From the NCBI RefSeq assembly GCF_037042905.1, contig NC_087245.1, positions 20,090,001 through 20,154,000 of the forward strand: a DNA stretch of 64,000 bases, written 5' to 3'. The DNA is from Lytechinus pictus. Its lineage: Eukaryota. The position numbers were made by a program, and so were the translations under genes. Every line of letters begins with the position of its first letter. Positions within the stretch are counted from its first letter, which is position 1. This document shows positions 13,399 to 27,092 of the stretch, piece after piece. The notes under the pieces are model-generated. The model worked only from the letters and a program-made list of their open reading frames with translations, had not been told where the DNA came from and did not search any database.

Positions 13399-16257
13399 TT
13401 AAACTTAATTGCAGACACTGATGTATTCTCAAATGAGGTATACATATACGCATACATAAACATGTACATATGTAAATCAATTTTATTTGATATTTAGTTT
13501 CATCTTGTGTAAGTTGTGTTATTTTTCCTCAAATGTTCCTAAAGTTATATGTTTTGTATTGTTTTGTATTTTTGTTTGAACAGACTATTCGCATACCAAT
13601 GATATTCTAATAAATTCAATTCATGTAGAGTGTACTAATGCACAAAAAACAATAAACAAATGAATGAATACATTTTTTAAAATGAAGGAATCTTTTCTTT
13701 CTTCTCAAATAATCATCAACACATGTTTCCACTGAACCTGGACAACCATGGTCATTCACTTATCAAAATTCCCACTTTATTTTGAATTAGACAATTTCTA
13801 TGCCTTCTTCCACATTCAATTTTTTTCTTCAAATGTTTAGGTCAGACCTCTTTACATTCTCTGATAATGCAGCAGATCAAGCCTAAAAATTCCAAGAGAC
13901 TTTATAGAAAGACATGAACAGCGCCCATTAAAACTCTGTAAGACGTTATCAGCAGGTTTCCTTCTTCTATTTTCTACAGACATTAATGTAATTGGAGTTA
14001 CCATCCAACCATTAGTCTATCAGCAGGGGACAAAACAAAGAGATGTAAGAATAGCTCCTTTTAATCCCGTCCTTCAATAAAAGTCCAAAGCTCCTCCTGC
14101 CGTTTGACATGATTAATCAAATCAAAGAGCCTGAACTTCCCAAACCTGCACAACAATTGAGAAAAATCACACAAATGAAATTCATCCATTTAAGATCCAA
14201 ACCGCGAGGGGCAGTCATCAGTGCTTAATTATTGTGAAAATGGGGAGTAATTGAGGCCGGCTAGAGATTCATTGTGAAAGCCCCAGTTTACATGTTTCGC
14301 AGGGTGGACAAGTCTCCTCCATGGCTACAAGCCACGAGGAATAGAGACATCAAAGACATCTCAAGTTACCAATCAACTACTTAAATTGGGGGGAAAGAAT
14401 CATAGAAGGAAAAACTTTTAGGATTCTTCATTTTGAGCAAAGCCTTTAGAAAAAAAAATCATAGGTATAGCAACAACAAAATTATTGATGGTATTTCGTG
14501 AGTTTTGGGAATCATTATTCTTGTCATTGATGTAACAACAAAAATTTTTTTATTAAATAAGAACAAAAACTGAAGAAATAACAGTACAACTTGGCATATC
14601 AATGCAGTTATACCATCTTCCAGTTGGAAGGTTACAGGCTTATGAGAGCAAAGATCACTTACAAGAACATCATGGTTTAAAAACCAAGTAGGTGGAAACA
14701 CAGAAGATCATTGGTAAGGTCACCCATGACCAAGACCTTCGAAGAACATCAACTATCAGCTTAATTGAGAAATATACACACATTTCATCTAGTGAGGTAA
14801 AATTAATTCATCAGGCAAGAAAATATTTGAGGAAAATTACAGCTTGAAATGATAGACCCCAGAGTTCTAGAACGCTAAAGAAATAACACCTTGCATGATG
14901 AAGGCATTGAGTGTTTTACCACCATGGTACTTCAATTGCACCACAATATATTCTGACAACATTTTTGCAAAAACAACTCAAAATTTTCGCACTGATATCA
15001 ATTTAGTCCATTCAAATCCTTGACCAAACAACAGCTATGTGTATGCAGCAAAAAAGCAATATCTGCTTTGTCAAATAATTTCAGTGAGGCTGCAAAAATA
15101 CTGACCACGTGCTGGACTTGTGCACTGACCGATGTGGAACTGTATCCACTGGTCAAGCAGGCGACCACTCTATCCTTGCACCAGTGCTACCACAATCATA
15201 TGGGTTGGGTCAAGCTTATGAGGTCATTGTGCAATGTCGCCAGCGGGATGACCGCAACGCATGCACTGACCGATCCGCAAGTGCTTTTTCCTCTCGATTT
15301 GATATCAAAGCATGGTCATTGAGTGTGTACATGTATATAGTGAAGCCGGACAAGTGCTGATGGCTTTAATCTCTTTCAATTGTGTGGTAACTCTTTAAGA
15401 TTGACCAACACCAATTACGCTTGTTTAACAGAATAAAGAATAGTTACTTTTTGCATTACGTCCACCATTGTCACAAATTTTTCCCATTTTGCATTGTCAG
15501 GGATATCCCTCATATTTCATTTTTAACAACTGATCTCATTTTGTCATTTGGGTGGATTTTTTTTATGATGGACTTTTCATAGAAGAAGAACTCTAAATGC
15601 ATAATGAAATGTATTGTTATGAAACAGGTGATTTACTGATGAAGATTGGATACAAGAGCAAGTATATAATTGATGGGGTTTTACCAAGGCTAGGGGAAAA
15701 TATTATAGAGCTAGGTTGTATCTATTATTTACCAGGTCAAATTAGTCACTGAACTCATTGCTTTTCTAACCATTTGTTTGGCATAAAACCAATCAAGCAT
15801 TTTCCTTCTTCCTAAACTTAAGAAAAGAACATAAAATCAGCACCACCCTGTCATTACTTATCACAATTATGAACACCTTCTGACCACATTTGTTTCTGTT
15901 ACTTGTGTAGATATCCCTATATCAGTCCCATCTCTTATTTCCATGCATACTATTCATTAACCAACTTTTCTTGATGTATGTTGTCTAAAAATTGCAAGGA
16001 TTAAAGGTTAGTGAAGGGTAAGGTCACGTTATATCCCTACATTCCCACTAATAAACTGACAAATCAAATTCTATCGTTTTTCAATGGTCAGTATGCTTCA
16101 GGTAATATGCCACAAGTAACCTGTAATTACTTAACTGCAATATTTTAGTCTTGTCACGACGACTAACAACTTCCGATTGATCTACATAGCAGCTAAAAAA
16201 TTGAAATATAACATTAGTTGTTTAAAACAGTAGCTGACCACCTTGAAAATGCATATG

Positions 16258-16500
16258 TTATTGTGGTGCTGTGGATCTGACTTGTGTTTTAAACAGAAGG
16301 TTGTGGGTTCAAATCACAACCATGGCATTAAATTCCTTCAGCAAGAAATGGAGAATGGGTACCAAGCACGATTCATTCCTAGAATACACTTAGTGCTGGA
16401 AAGCTCGAGCTAAAGCAGTGGTAATGACAATAGCATGCAGGCCTCAGAATAGATTATCTCTAGACAGATAAGCGCAGTAAAAACACATCTTATCATAACT
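16258..16500 (+). mobile_element. Degenerate, internally deleted tRNA-derived SINE
   Basis: TTGTGG...GTGGAT...AAACAGAAGGTTGTGGGTTCAAATCACAACCATGGC...TTCCTTCAGCAAGAAAT aligns to the reverse complement of the SINE at 30757-31080. Confidence 0.7.
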
Positions 16501-19500
16501 ATCACTACGAATATAACAAGTAAATGCACTTTTTTCAATCACAAAGTTTTAAAGAGTACACGACTATACTACGTTAACTTGGCATTCCCAGTGTCAATAT
16601 GAACCAATTTGACCCAGAAAGTATAAAGAATGATCAGTCACCCTGCCATCTGGGGTGCAAAGGTCTTCTTTTTCCATATTTTCATTTCCTAACAAAGTTA
16701 TCTATCCAGGGAAGTACAATTCTCAGACCTGCTGTATTTATCAAAACACTCCTCTCTTTTTTTAGCTATCAAAACGAGGCTTTATCAAAACCATAATGAA
16801 ATTGTAGAGTCACAAATTCTATACATGTATAAACTGTGTTCTTATGTCACAATGGAAATATAACTTTTACACAGAAAATACCTAGAAAGTGGGATTCAAA
16901 TGAAATGGATATTATACTTGTAGGCATATATAAGACAAGATTAGTAGTAACATATAAAAACATAAAATGAGAAATAAAAAAAGGTTGAAAACATAGGTTT
17001 GGAACTTTATAAAGGATATTGGCAATCGGAAATGAGTTGTTTCAACCAAAGACAAGAGCAAGCAAAGGAGAATCTTTTTATAGAAGTACAGAGGGACCAC
17101 AACATAAACAAAATATGATAAATGGAGCAAACTCAATTTATCACCCATCAAGGGTTCAAGTGAATATATGTTGATAACATCTGTTTACTTTTATAGAAAA
17201 CAGACTTTGTTTAATAAAGAAAACATGTATGCTCTGATTAAACTAACCCCTGGACCATGAAAATAACATTTGAGCTGATATTGCAAAGTCATCAGGAAAT
17301 TAACAAGAAACAATGGACAAATGGTCCAATCACTGATGCGTGATATTGACAATGTGACAATGATAGATTCATCTTTTCATTATGACATGCTGTCAGGTAT
17401 GAATATGCAACATTTTCTGGCTTACATCCAAAATCAGTCTGGCTGTAAACATCAAAACAAATAAACTGACAGAATCTGGTTTTAGATGACAATAACACCA
17501 ACAAAAGTAATTCACAGCTTCTATTTTCTGTGGCACTTCAGTTCATTGCCACATTTCTCCGAGCACAGTGAAAACAGTGTTATTTTCTGGCACAAAATCA
17601 TGGTTGGGCAAAGCAAACTCAGCGACATATTGTGGTAATATTTATCAGTGTGAAGTGCTTTGTGACCCAATAAATGTCAGCATGAAGCAGGAGGGGTGGA
17701 GTAGATGATTGTTCTCCATCAAGTGACTGATCCATCATAGAGAATAGAGGTGGTCGGAAAGCAGTACAGTTTTAGGGTACAGTCTTTGTACAGAACATGT
17801 AGGTCCTTTCACACCCACCCATCACAGAAATACCTGGTATTTTCTGATCGGGAATTCTATTCAAATGAAAAAAATACCAGGGGACCTAGTTTGCCAGAGT
17901 GAAAGAATTGTGAGCAAAAGTAAGCACATGCAACTACACAGAGGTACTTTACAATTACACGGAGGTATTTTTCAAAATTATAGGAACATCAACATGGATT
18001 TCTCAAAGGTCAATAACTATGGAGTTTTGCAGTGTGAAAGGCTGAAAGCAAATCATAACTTTAGATACAATGGAAAGGGAGAGCAAGTCTTGTTGCTGAC
18101 TCAATAGACAGGAATGTTCTCTGTTTGTGGCAGTTGTAAATGCAGGAAATTATTATTGTTATATTTTTTAGGACTGAACAATTTCTAATAATTTAATGAT
18201 ATTTCTCTTTTCAGGTGAGGGTATGATAGCACCTTGTGATGGTGGTGTCTCTTGTTTCCTACGCCCACTATTAAAAGTTATGCCTCATTACTGCTTTACA
18301 ACGCCTTGTGTCCAGGAGTGATTTAGAGCAGAAGATCATACGTACTGTCATATATTGCCCCTGTTCCCACAAAGCGACAGTAACAAGGAAAATCATATTT
18401 ACAGAAATTAGTTCTTCAATATCTGTAATTTGGACGGTATTCACTAAAATTGTGATCCTTACGAAGTTCCAGCCCAAAATCAAATAAGTTACAGGACTGT
18501 AGTGGTATAGTCATCAAGAAGGTGACGAGAAAACAACAAAGATTTGGTCTCCATGTATTCTTACATTTGAATGAACTAACAAGTCTTGTCTTCTTCCATT
18601 TTGGGGGGGAACAACAGAGCAATAATTGAGTTGACAGGTTTGTCTTTATTAAAAACTTCTTAGTAATAAGGAATAAGGAATTCACAACTTTATTTTATGA
18701 GAGACCATATCTGATGGGCTCAAGAAACTGAAGCACCAACTGCGAACTGCAATTAATTATTACCAAGGTAAAAATGAATGACCTTAGTATATAAACATAT
18801 ATATATATATATATATATATATTGGTAATAATTTCCCAATGCTCCAAAGTGATACACCTGTACAAAAAGTGCATACTATAGGTCACTACAATGGGGCAAG
18901 GCATATCGCTTATTAACCTGTAAGGCAAGACATAGTTCAGATATATACCCACAGGTAAATCAATACTTGAACACAGGTAAGGTTTATTTTGCACTGTTAG
19001 AATGAAGAAGATTTTAAATAAGAATATCTTTAGCTCGAGAGGAAATTGAAGAAAGACCTATGATTCCGCCTAATTCCATTTATACCCATTTTCTTTAATA
19101 AGCCAAATGACCTTGATTATTAATATCAATTATATGGCCTTCATTGCCAATACCATAGCATCAAATCGCCTGCAGTATACTCTAATTACAATCTCAATGT
19201 GAATGTATGCTATTTCTAAATCAACTGAGTGCTTTGCACTTTATCCTCATAAAATCATTTCTCTGAAAAAAGGAAATTAGGCCCTTATGCAACTGATTGA
19301 AACTGGTTACAGTGTAAGGTTGAGTGGAAACTTCCAGTGCCAGAAGATATGAAATCCAAATGTAGAGTTTTTAAACAGTTGTAGTAACTATTATAGTAGG
19401 CATAGTAAATAGCCCTTCCCTTCACCTTCATGACATATCTACACTACAACTACAAAATCAATATTCCTGGTGTAAAATATGCATAACATTACAAGTAGTG

Positions 19501-20582
19501 CTGTAATATTTTGTTTCCAAAAAGAGTTATCATATAATGATGAGTGATTATTACCTTCAATGGTAAGTTTTTGGTTAACCTACACCAATATGAGGACACA
19601 TTTTCAAACTGTTATCACTTTGCATATTATGTGTAAATTAAACACCAAAGTGGTTAGAATCAAACTATATATGTTATCTTTGATGATGTGATTGAACAAT
19701 TTTTACAAAGGATTATCCATTTTATGATCAATTGTACCAGCATGTATGAAGTCTACTTTCTATTTTATCTTGAGGTATAACATAAAAATAGTGTGGAATT
19801 AAAATCAAGTTTGACAGTAAAACTATTTATGCTGGTTTCAGTGAAATTGTATGTGAAAATCCAAATTATCTTGAAAACAGTGATAAAATGAATGTGCAGT
19901 ATCTAAAATTAGTAATAGAATAAGATATCAATGAATATTTGACATTCATACATACATACAAGTGGTTAAGGAAGTATGTTAGTATGACATTTGTCATTCC
20001 AAGTGGGTGTACGAATGACATTGAACAATGCATGGCTAGGAGATTAGAAATGGAAAATTCTCGTTACTAACTCATGCATGGCATTGTGGTATGATCCTAA
20101 AGTGTATAAATCCCCAATGACCATGATCCTTAAAGGTACAAAACTAATTACAAAAGGCAAAATGCCATCAAACTGATAAAAAGTTGTCTCGTATAATATT
20201 GTCAAACTTTCATGAAAAGATCCATGATAGAAGTAATCTGATAATAAACTCATGATTATTTGTGAATTTTCGGTAAATTTCTAGTATTCTACAATAAAAA
20301 GAATAAAATAATCTTAAACGCTTCACAAAATCAATATGAAAATGAAGCCCAAGCTAGTGTGTGCAGTGTGGTACACAAGAAGCTTCATTATCCCCCTACT
20401 CCTCCTTTCTCATAGAATTTGACATCAGAAGGGGTATGAGACTGAAAAACTACACCTTCATGGCTCTGAAAAGCACCATGAAAGGTGAAACTCGGAAGAG
20501 GATTTCGCTTCCACCGGTGAAATGGAACGCATGTGAAAATGAGAATGTTTTGAAAGATGTGATTGATTTTGTTTCAATTTAC

Positions 20583-20657
20583 CTTTTTCTGCACCTTTCC
20601 AAGCCCTCTGTTGATATTCCTGGACACCATAGTAGCTGGCTTGATACTGATTTCCAC
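20583..20657 (-). CDS. Internal exon 2 of the large minus-strand gene, (G)GNQYQASYYGVQEYQQRAWKGAEK
   Basis: Strong acceptor gtttttgttgtatcttatag|GTGG, donor AAAAG|gtaaat; 75 nt, phase 1 to phase 1, open and in frame with exon 1. Confidence 0.7.
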
Positions 20658-21470
20658 CTATAAGATACAACAAAAACAATGGAAGCATTGCAAGTTTAAG
20701 GATTTGAAAGAAGATTTGACAGGAATTTTCGTCATGGAAAAAATATAATAACATTTAAGAAACGTATATATGGCTGGTCACCCAATGTACTGCATTTTTT
20801 GTGTACGGAATTAGATTTAATCCAAGAAGTTGCAATTGTCAACAGCTTGTTGGGGATTAAAGCAATGACTCAGTATTTTCATACACTGAATTGATATGGC
20901 CAACAGATAACATTTCTGCCCAAAATTATCTGAACCATTATAACTTCTGCATGTGGGCATTAGACTGGAAGAAACAGTGTGGATTTTTTTTTACTGAGCA
21001 TAAAACACTTCTTGCATCTTGAAAAGCAGCCTCTATGACCTTGTGGTAAGGAGTATGGCATTGAAGTGCAATCTTGAGAAAAGGAAGAAATCATAAAGCC
21101 AAAATATGAAGGAAATTCTCAGGAAATTGATTTTGAGTTTTTGGACTTGAAAACAGGAGGCCAAGGCTGTTGCTTGGTTTGCTTTATGTTCTTTGAGTGA
21201 CTTGGTGAATGCTCTAATACTAAGAGAAAATCAATTTTGATTTTAAATTCTTAAAAATTTAAAGAACACAATCCTTCTTGGAAAGTAGTATGCAACAGAA
21301 CAGAACACTTATTCTGATACATGCAAGATAAACATACATGTATTTCTCGCAAAACATATTTTTAGTCAAAAGTCAACTTCACAGAAAATTCCATTACATA
21401 AAAACTCTTTACTTTTGAAGAAATTCCTCTTTCATATCACTTTACTCTGGCAAATGATTAAAACCATTAA

Positions 21471-22053
21471 AGGAGAATGAAACCCTTGAAACCAGCTGAA
21501 TCCATATCAAAGAGAAAAATCAAAGAAACATATTGTTGAAAGTTTGAGGAAGATTGAATGAATAATAAGAAAGTTATGAGCATTTGAATATTGAGATCAC
21601 TAGTGCCATGTAGATCCTCCCATCGGCAATGCGACCAAGATCTGTGATATCACACACGTACAACTCCCTCATTACTTTAGTACTTATTTCACGTATATTC
21701 TCACTTTTATAGAGTCTATCACAAGGTGAGGTGTTCTCTTTATGAGATGACAAGTACAGAGGTTTCACAACATTATATCATTGACGAATCGTTTGTCATA
21801 TGATTAGAATGAGCAAAAAGATATGTTTTGGGGTATATTTTCAGTGTCCAAATGGGAGAGTTGTACGTGTGTGACATCACAGATCTTGGTCGCATTGCCG
21901 ATGGGAGGATCTCCATAGCATTAGTGATCTCGACATTCAAATGCTCATAACTCTTTTATTGCTAGTCCTATTTTACTCAAAGTTTTGTTGATCTTATTCT
22001 TTGATTTTTCTGCTTTCACAAAAGCTAACTTGCTCCAAGAGTTTCATTCTCCT
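21471..22053. mobile_element. TTAA-flanked MITE family B with ~200-bp inverted arms
   Basis: TTAA|AGGAGAATGAAAC ... GTTTCATTCTCCT|TTAA; near-perfect internal complement, e.g. GATCCTCCCATCGGCAATGCGACCAAGATCTGTGAT versus ATCACAGATCTTGGTCGCATTGCCGATGGGAGGATC. Confidence 0.88.
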
Positions 22054-25000
22054 TTAAGGAGTCCTATAATCCTCTCAAACCGGATTACAAGATAAATGGA
22101 GAAATGAAGAAGCAATCTAAATATTTATGACAAAACATGAAAGAATTGTACCACTTTTACCTGATAAAAGGGGGAAATGGTATATTTTTACATTTATCAA
22201 TCAATAAATGCAGTCATTTGGTTAATATGGTGAGAGAATATAGCCATCAGTCAAGATTAAGAGTAGCTGTTTCAAAATCTGGGTCCTCCCTGCCAGGCAA
22301 CCTCAAACTGCCATTTCGGGCGCTCCAGGCCTGGAGGGATCTCCTAGCCCTCATGGTTTGATGATTTCAACCACAATCGATATGTGGAGGTGAGGCAAAA
22401 TATTCAGATCAATCGTTTATTTATTTCAATGCATGCCACCAGTCATTTTAAGAGAGCTTGTTCCCACCTAAAAAAAATTGCCTTTTTTAATAGAATTCGT
22501 AGCACAAGCATCTTACAAGTGTACAACCCTTGCGCTAGATTTAGGAAGTGCTGCTGATGTGCAGGAGAATGTATTTGGGGCAGCAGGGACTGCGCATGGT
22601 GTGGCTAGTGGTTCCGCAGGTCCCCCAGTTTGTTCTAGGCAGTGGAAACAGAACTATGAGCGTCAAACTTACAGTGCATGGCCCCCAGCAGCCATCAGAA
22701 TCGATCAGAGTTGAAAAATGGAATGTCATCTAGCCTTGACATTCACATTCTGCACTTTACAATCATTGCCCCAAGAATGATCTCCCCCCCTCTCTCTCTC
22801 CCCCTATATTTTACCTACTCATTATCTGGAAATATTGCATCCAATTTGAATTATTTATCCCAAACTCTAATATCCATTGATACAAAAAATCAATATGACC
22901 TACATGTATATTATTCCGATAATAAAGAAATAATGCAAAATGTTGTCAATCAAAAGGTACATACATGTTTGACCAAATGAATGTTTTAATGGGGAACAAA
23001 AAAGTGTTTCAACCCAATTAAAATTATTGGCAATATGTGAGGCATATAAATCAATATCACGTTAATATTCTCGCTTTGTTTGCAAATGGTCTGTCAAAAC
23101 ATGCACCTACATGTATATCTTCATAATTTGTCCATACTTCACCATTCCATATTCAAATATTCACTTTCACTACCCCCCCCCCCCCTTCTCCATTATTTTT
23201 TATTTTTTTTGCTTCCAGCATATATACATGTATGTGAATTTAAACATTAAACTGAAACCCTCTTTACTCATTTCTTGGGAGATGAGATCTTCGTTTACCT
23301 CTTCAATCATTAAAAAGAATCTAGCTCACTTCTGTCTCTTGATACGGTTGTTTGAAATCAATCAAGTCAGTTTCTCATTTCTCCATCCCAATCCACGATT
23401 TATTTATCACTAATCCACTTGCATATAATGCACCGTATCCATCAAATCAATACTAAAATCAACTGTTTATTTAGTACTAACAGTCAATGCTACCATCCTA
23501 ATCATAATTTCAAAAATGATATTCTATCCCTAGATTTATGACAGGTATAAACCTGATTGAACTTTTTTTTCCTTTCAACTGCATGTTCCACTTTACTTAA
23601 TCTCTGCCCTCCATTTAATAATTTAAAAAGAAAATATGATCATTTTCATCAAAAATAAATATGTCTATAATGTAAAGGAAGATTGTGATACCTGATTATC
23701 GACATCAAAATTCTTTTCAAACACAGCATTGCTCTAAACAAAATCATATACATATTTAGACCAAACATTTTGATATTTCTGATTTTTTTTTTCAATTTGA
23801 TCATTCCATTATGAAAATATATGAACATGTATTGTGAATACAGCCCCTAAAACCAATAAGCTTTTTCCATTGTTTTTTTTCACAAGAATCGATATTTCAT
23901 ATGGTCTATGACAATGAAGCATAAGCAATAGTGGACAAAAGAATGGGAAAAGGGATTATTTCACCAATTTTCATAAAACAAGCTGCCATGAAATCTTGGA
24001 GTATCGTAACTCTATAGTCCACTTCTGACACTTCTTATTTCTTCATTGGTTATTAGTATGTTATAATGTCTGACAAACACCCTCTTGGTGGTTGCGCACC
24101 ACAAGAGAGCAAAATCCATCCTTACATTATTTGGAAATTACATCACAAATACAATTGAATAATTTCAAATATGGAGTTGAAACCTAGTGTTAAAATCTGG
24201 TGTTGGCATTGTGTCAACACCGTATTTGAAATCAGCCAGTGTGATCTGAAATATGATCAAGTTTTTATTATTTTGTGTATAATCAATCCTTGAAGTTGAA
24301 GGGCAAAATGATAAACAAAATAGGAGGTAACTTATACATGGTGCCATATTTTGATATTGAAAAAAAAAATTGGTGCCAGCGGCTTGCCTTGATGGACACC
24401 AATGATTGAGCTTTGATAGTGAATTGAAGTTAGTGAGAACAGGGTCAGAGTGAGAGAAAGAGTTGAGAGCCTGAGATTGAATTCATTACTCCATGGCACC
24501 CCATAATTCCACATAAATTGCAATCTGATGACAATATCTGCACATCTCAAAAATAAACACACAAGTCCATCATGAAGTGGATGCCTCTTCCTGTCTTAAA
24601 GGCCAACTCTCTATCATCTTCTTGCTTTTCAGATTCCAGCAACTAATATTGGCTAAAAAAAAGCAGTTTCCCCATTACTTTCAGATTCTTTAACACAACA
24701 TAGTGGCAAAATGTCACAGTTTTTAATGTTAGTGGATCAATTCAATACATCTGACATTTACAGCGCTACAATCTATCAATTGTAAAGTACATTTTAGCAT
24801 GTTAAGACAATACTGTATGCATTACTAAAAGCATAATTGGTTCCAAGCACATGATAGGTTATCACAAATAAGGAGGATAAGCTAAAAAAAAATCTGTGAC
24901 AAAACGTGAAATACATGTACTCATAAAAAGAAAGGAAACAATACATTTCTGAAGTATCAAAAATAAATTCATCAAACAGTATGAAGATTTGACTAGGTAG

Positions 25001-25364
25001 TAGTTTTGTGAGAATTCATCCATGGGTTCTCCCATACCAAATGGTGGACTTCAAGTTTAATAAAATATGCACATTCAAACTTTGATCGACCTGTAGATTC
25101 ATTATTCAAAAGTAAATACATACAAGTGATAAGCTATCAAAGCTAATATTTGTATAATATCCATGATGACAGGAAAGACTTGCCAAAGGCCAAAGTATGT
25201 CAGTCCAGGTATCGATCTTAATAAATTTTGACCGAAGGAATTATACAGGAAATCAATATGTAATAAAGAGAAACCATATGAGCAGAGATAAAAAAAAAAA
25301 TTCCCTGGGATGAGAGGCATATTTGTTTTTAAAAGGTGTTCTGACCATACAAAGGTAGTAGGCC

Positions 25365-25415
25365 TATCTATGATCACTTACACATATAACTTATATGTGT
25401 AAGTGATCATAGATA
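25365..25415. repeat. Perfect 51-bp palindrome (25-bp arms, 1-nt centre)
   Basis: TATCTATGATCACTTACACATATAA-C-TTATATGTGTAAGTGATCATAGATA, read directly from the sequence. Confidence 0.95.
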
Positions 25416-26950
25416 CTTGCCATTTGAGAACTTATATGATTGGAAATAACTATGTCCTGTATGTTCTACATGTACATTTCATATAACAGAATTATTGGCT
25501 GATAGGTACATTGAGTCTTTTCTATAGCCAAGATTGGATAGTAGTTATGTTTCATCCATACATGTAAGTCCACATACTCCACAGGTTGTCTGTAGTCTGA
25601 TGATCATTCGGGAATAACTTACCAATGATAAACACATTCTGACAACTATTATTGTGTGTGCCTATTCTGTAGATGTGAATACAATGTTAGGATTTGGATT
25701 TTTCAGTTTAAGAAGAGTCACAAGTTTGACATTGAGGCGACACTGCATTACCTTCACTTCAGAAAACGGGAAGAATTCTTTAATAGCTCGGCACCATAAC
25801 ATTGAAGGTGACATGCAGCTTTAAATGATTGAATTTCAATAATGTAAAATAATATTGAACCTGGATATCAAAAGCACGTTTCAAAAGCCAGGAGAGCAAA
25901 CATTAAAGACAGACATGAAAGGATCATATTTCCATGAAGTCTTTGAGCGAAGTCAATGATTCGAGAAAAAGGATGACAAGAGAACTGGGTCAAATGCTGG
26001 AATCGCCTTCCTAGGGCTTTTTAGAAAAGTACTGAAAATGTATGGAAGCGACACGATTAAAATTAATGATGCAAGCATGGGGAACGAGCATTTCATGAAG
26101 ATGTCATGAAACGAGTCAAAATGGAACTGACCATGACATGTGATATATGTGGCTTTAAATCTCTAGAGTGGGGTTAGCATATTGAAAGATTGGCTTGACT
26201 GCTCTTCTGTATTCATCACACAATCTGATACTGTTTAGCCTATATGTAATCTCTACAATCATATTAGAACATCAAAGACATTGGCCATGGATTAACTGCC
26301 AATGTTCCATGACTACAAGTCTGGTAATAACTATTTGGATATTACAGTTCAATGCCAATTGGATTTTTTTTTCACCATTCAAACGTATCTCACAGTGTGG
26401 GAGATATATTTAAATGGTGAAAAAATCCACTGGCATTGAGAGAATACTTTCCCTTAATTCAAATATGATAATAATCATGAGACAAATTTCAAATCAAAAC
26501 AGTCAGATAGTACAAAAAAACTCAGACAAAATTTTACGGTAAAATTTCCTTTCGTGACTTTCTAAAATGCAATCACTAAAATTGAAAGATATAATGCATA
26601 CACTATATTGAGAGTGGGTATTTAATATCTTCAACAGTAAAATTCAAATATACAAAGTTTTAGATAGGCTTTAATGAACTTATGACTTTAAGGGAAACAA
26701 TATCAAAATTTCACGAGATCTATATGCGCATGTAGTGATTTACTATCTCTTAGTTTGTAAAAGTGTAAACTAGTAGAATGTACTGAATAGATCCTTAAAA
26801 ATGCAATTTATCAAGATTTTCATCTGGAGAAAAAATCCATAAATAAAATTACTATATATACAAGAATTTTTTTTTTAGTGTTGAATTCTTCATCTTGGTA
26901 AGCTTTTGTAACAATTTTTGGTCAGATTAAATTTGGACCTGAATCACCTA

Positions 26951-27092
26951 AGGGGGTGTTTCTTGAAAATTTTTGACAGTGATTATTCACTGACCAATTC
27001 GTGCTCAGCCAATCAAATGCAAGGATTTTCAGTAGCTTATAATATCTGTCAGTGAAAAATCACTGACTAAAATCTTTGCGAAACGCTCCTCT
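26951..27092. mobile_element. Short (~140 bp) degenerate MITE
   Basis: Termini GGGGGTGTTTCTTGAAAAT and ATCTTTGCGAAACGCTCCT, with mirrored internal CAGTGA..TTCACTGAC / GTCAGTGAAAAATCACTGAC motifs. Confidence 0.55.
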
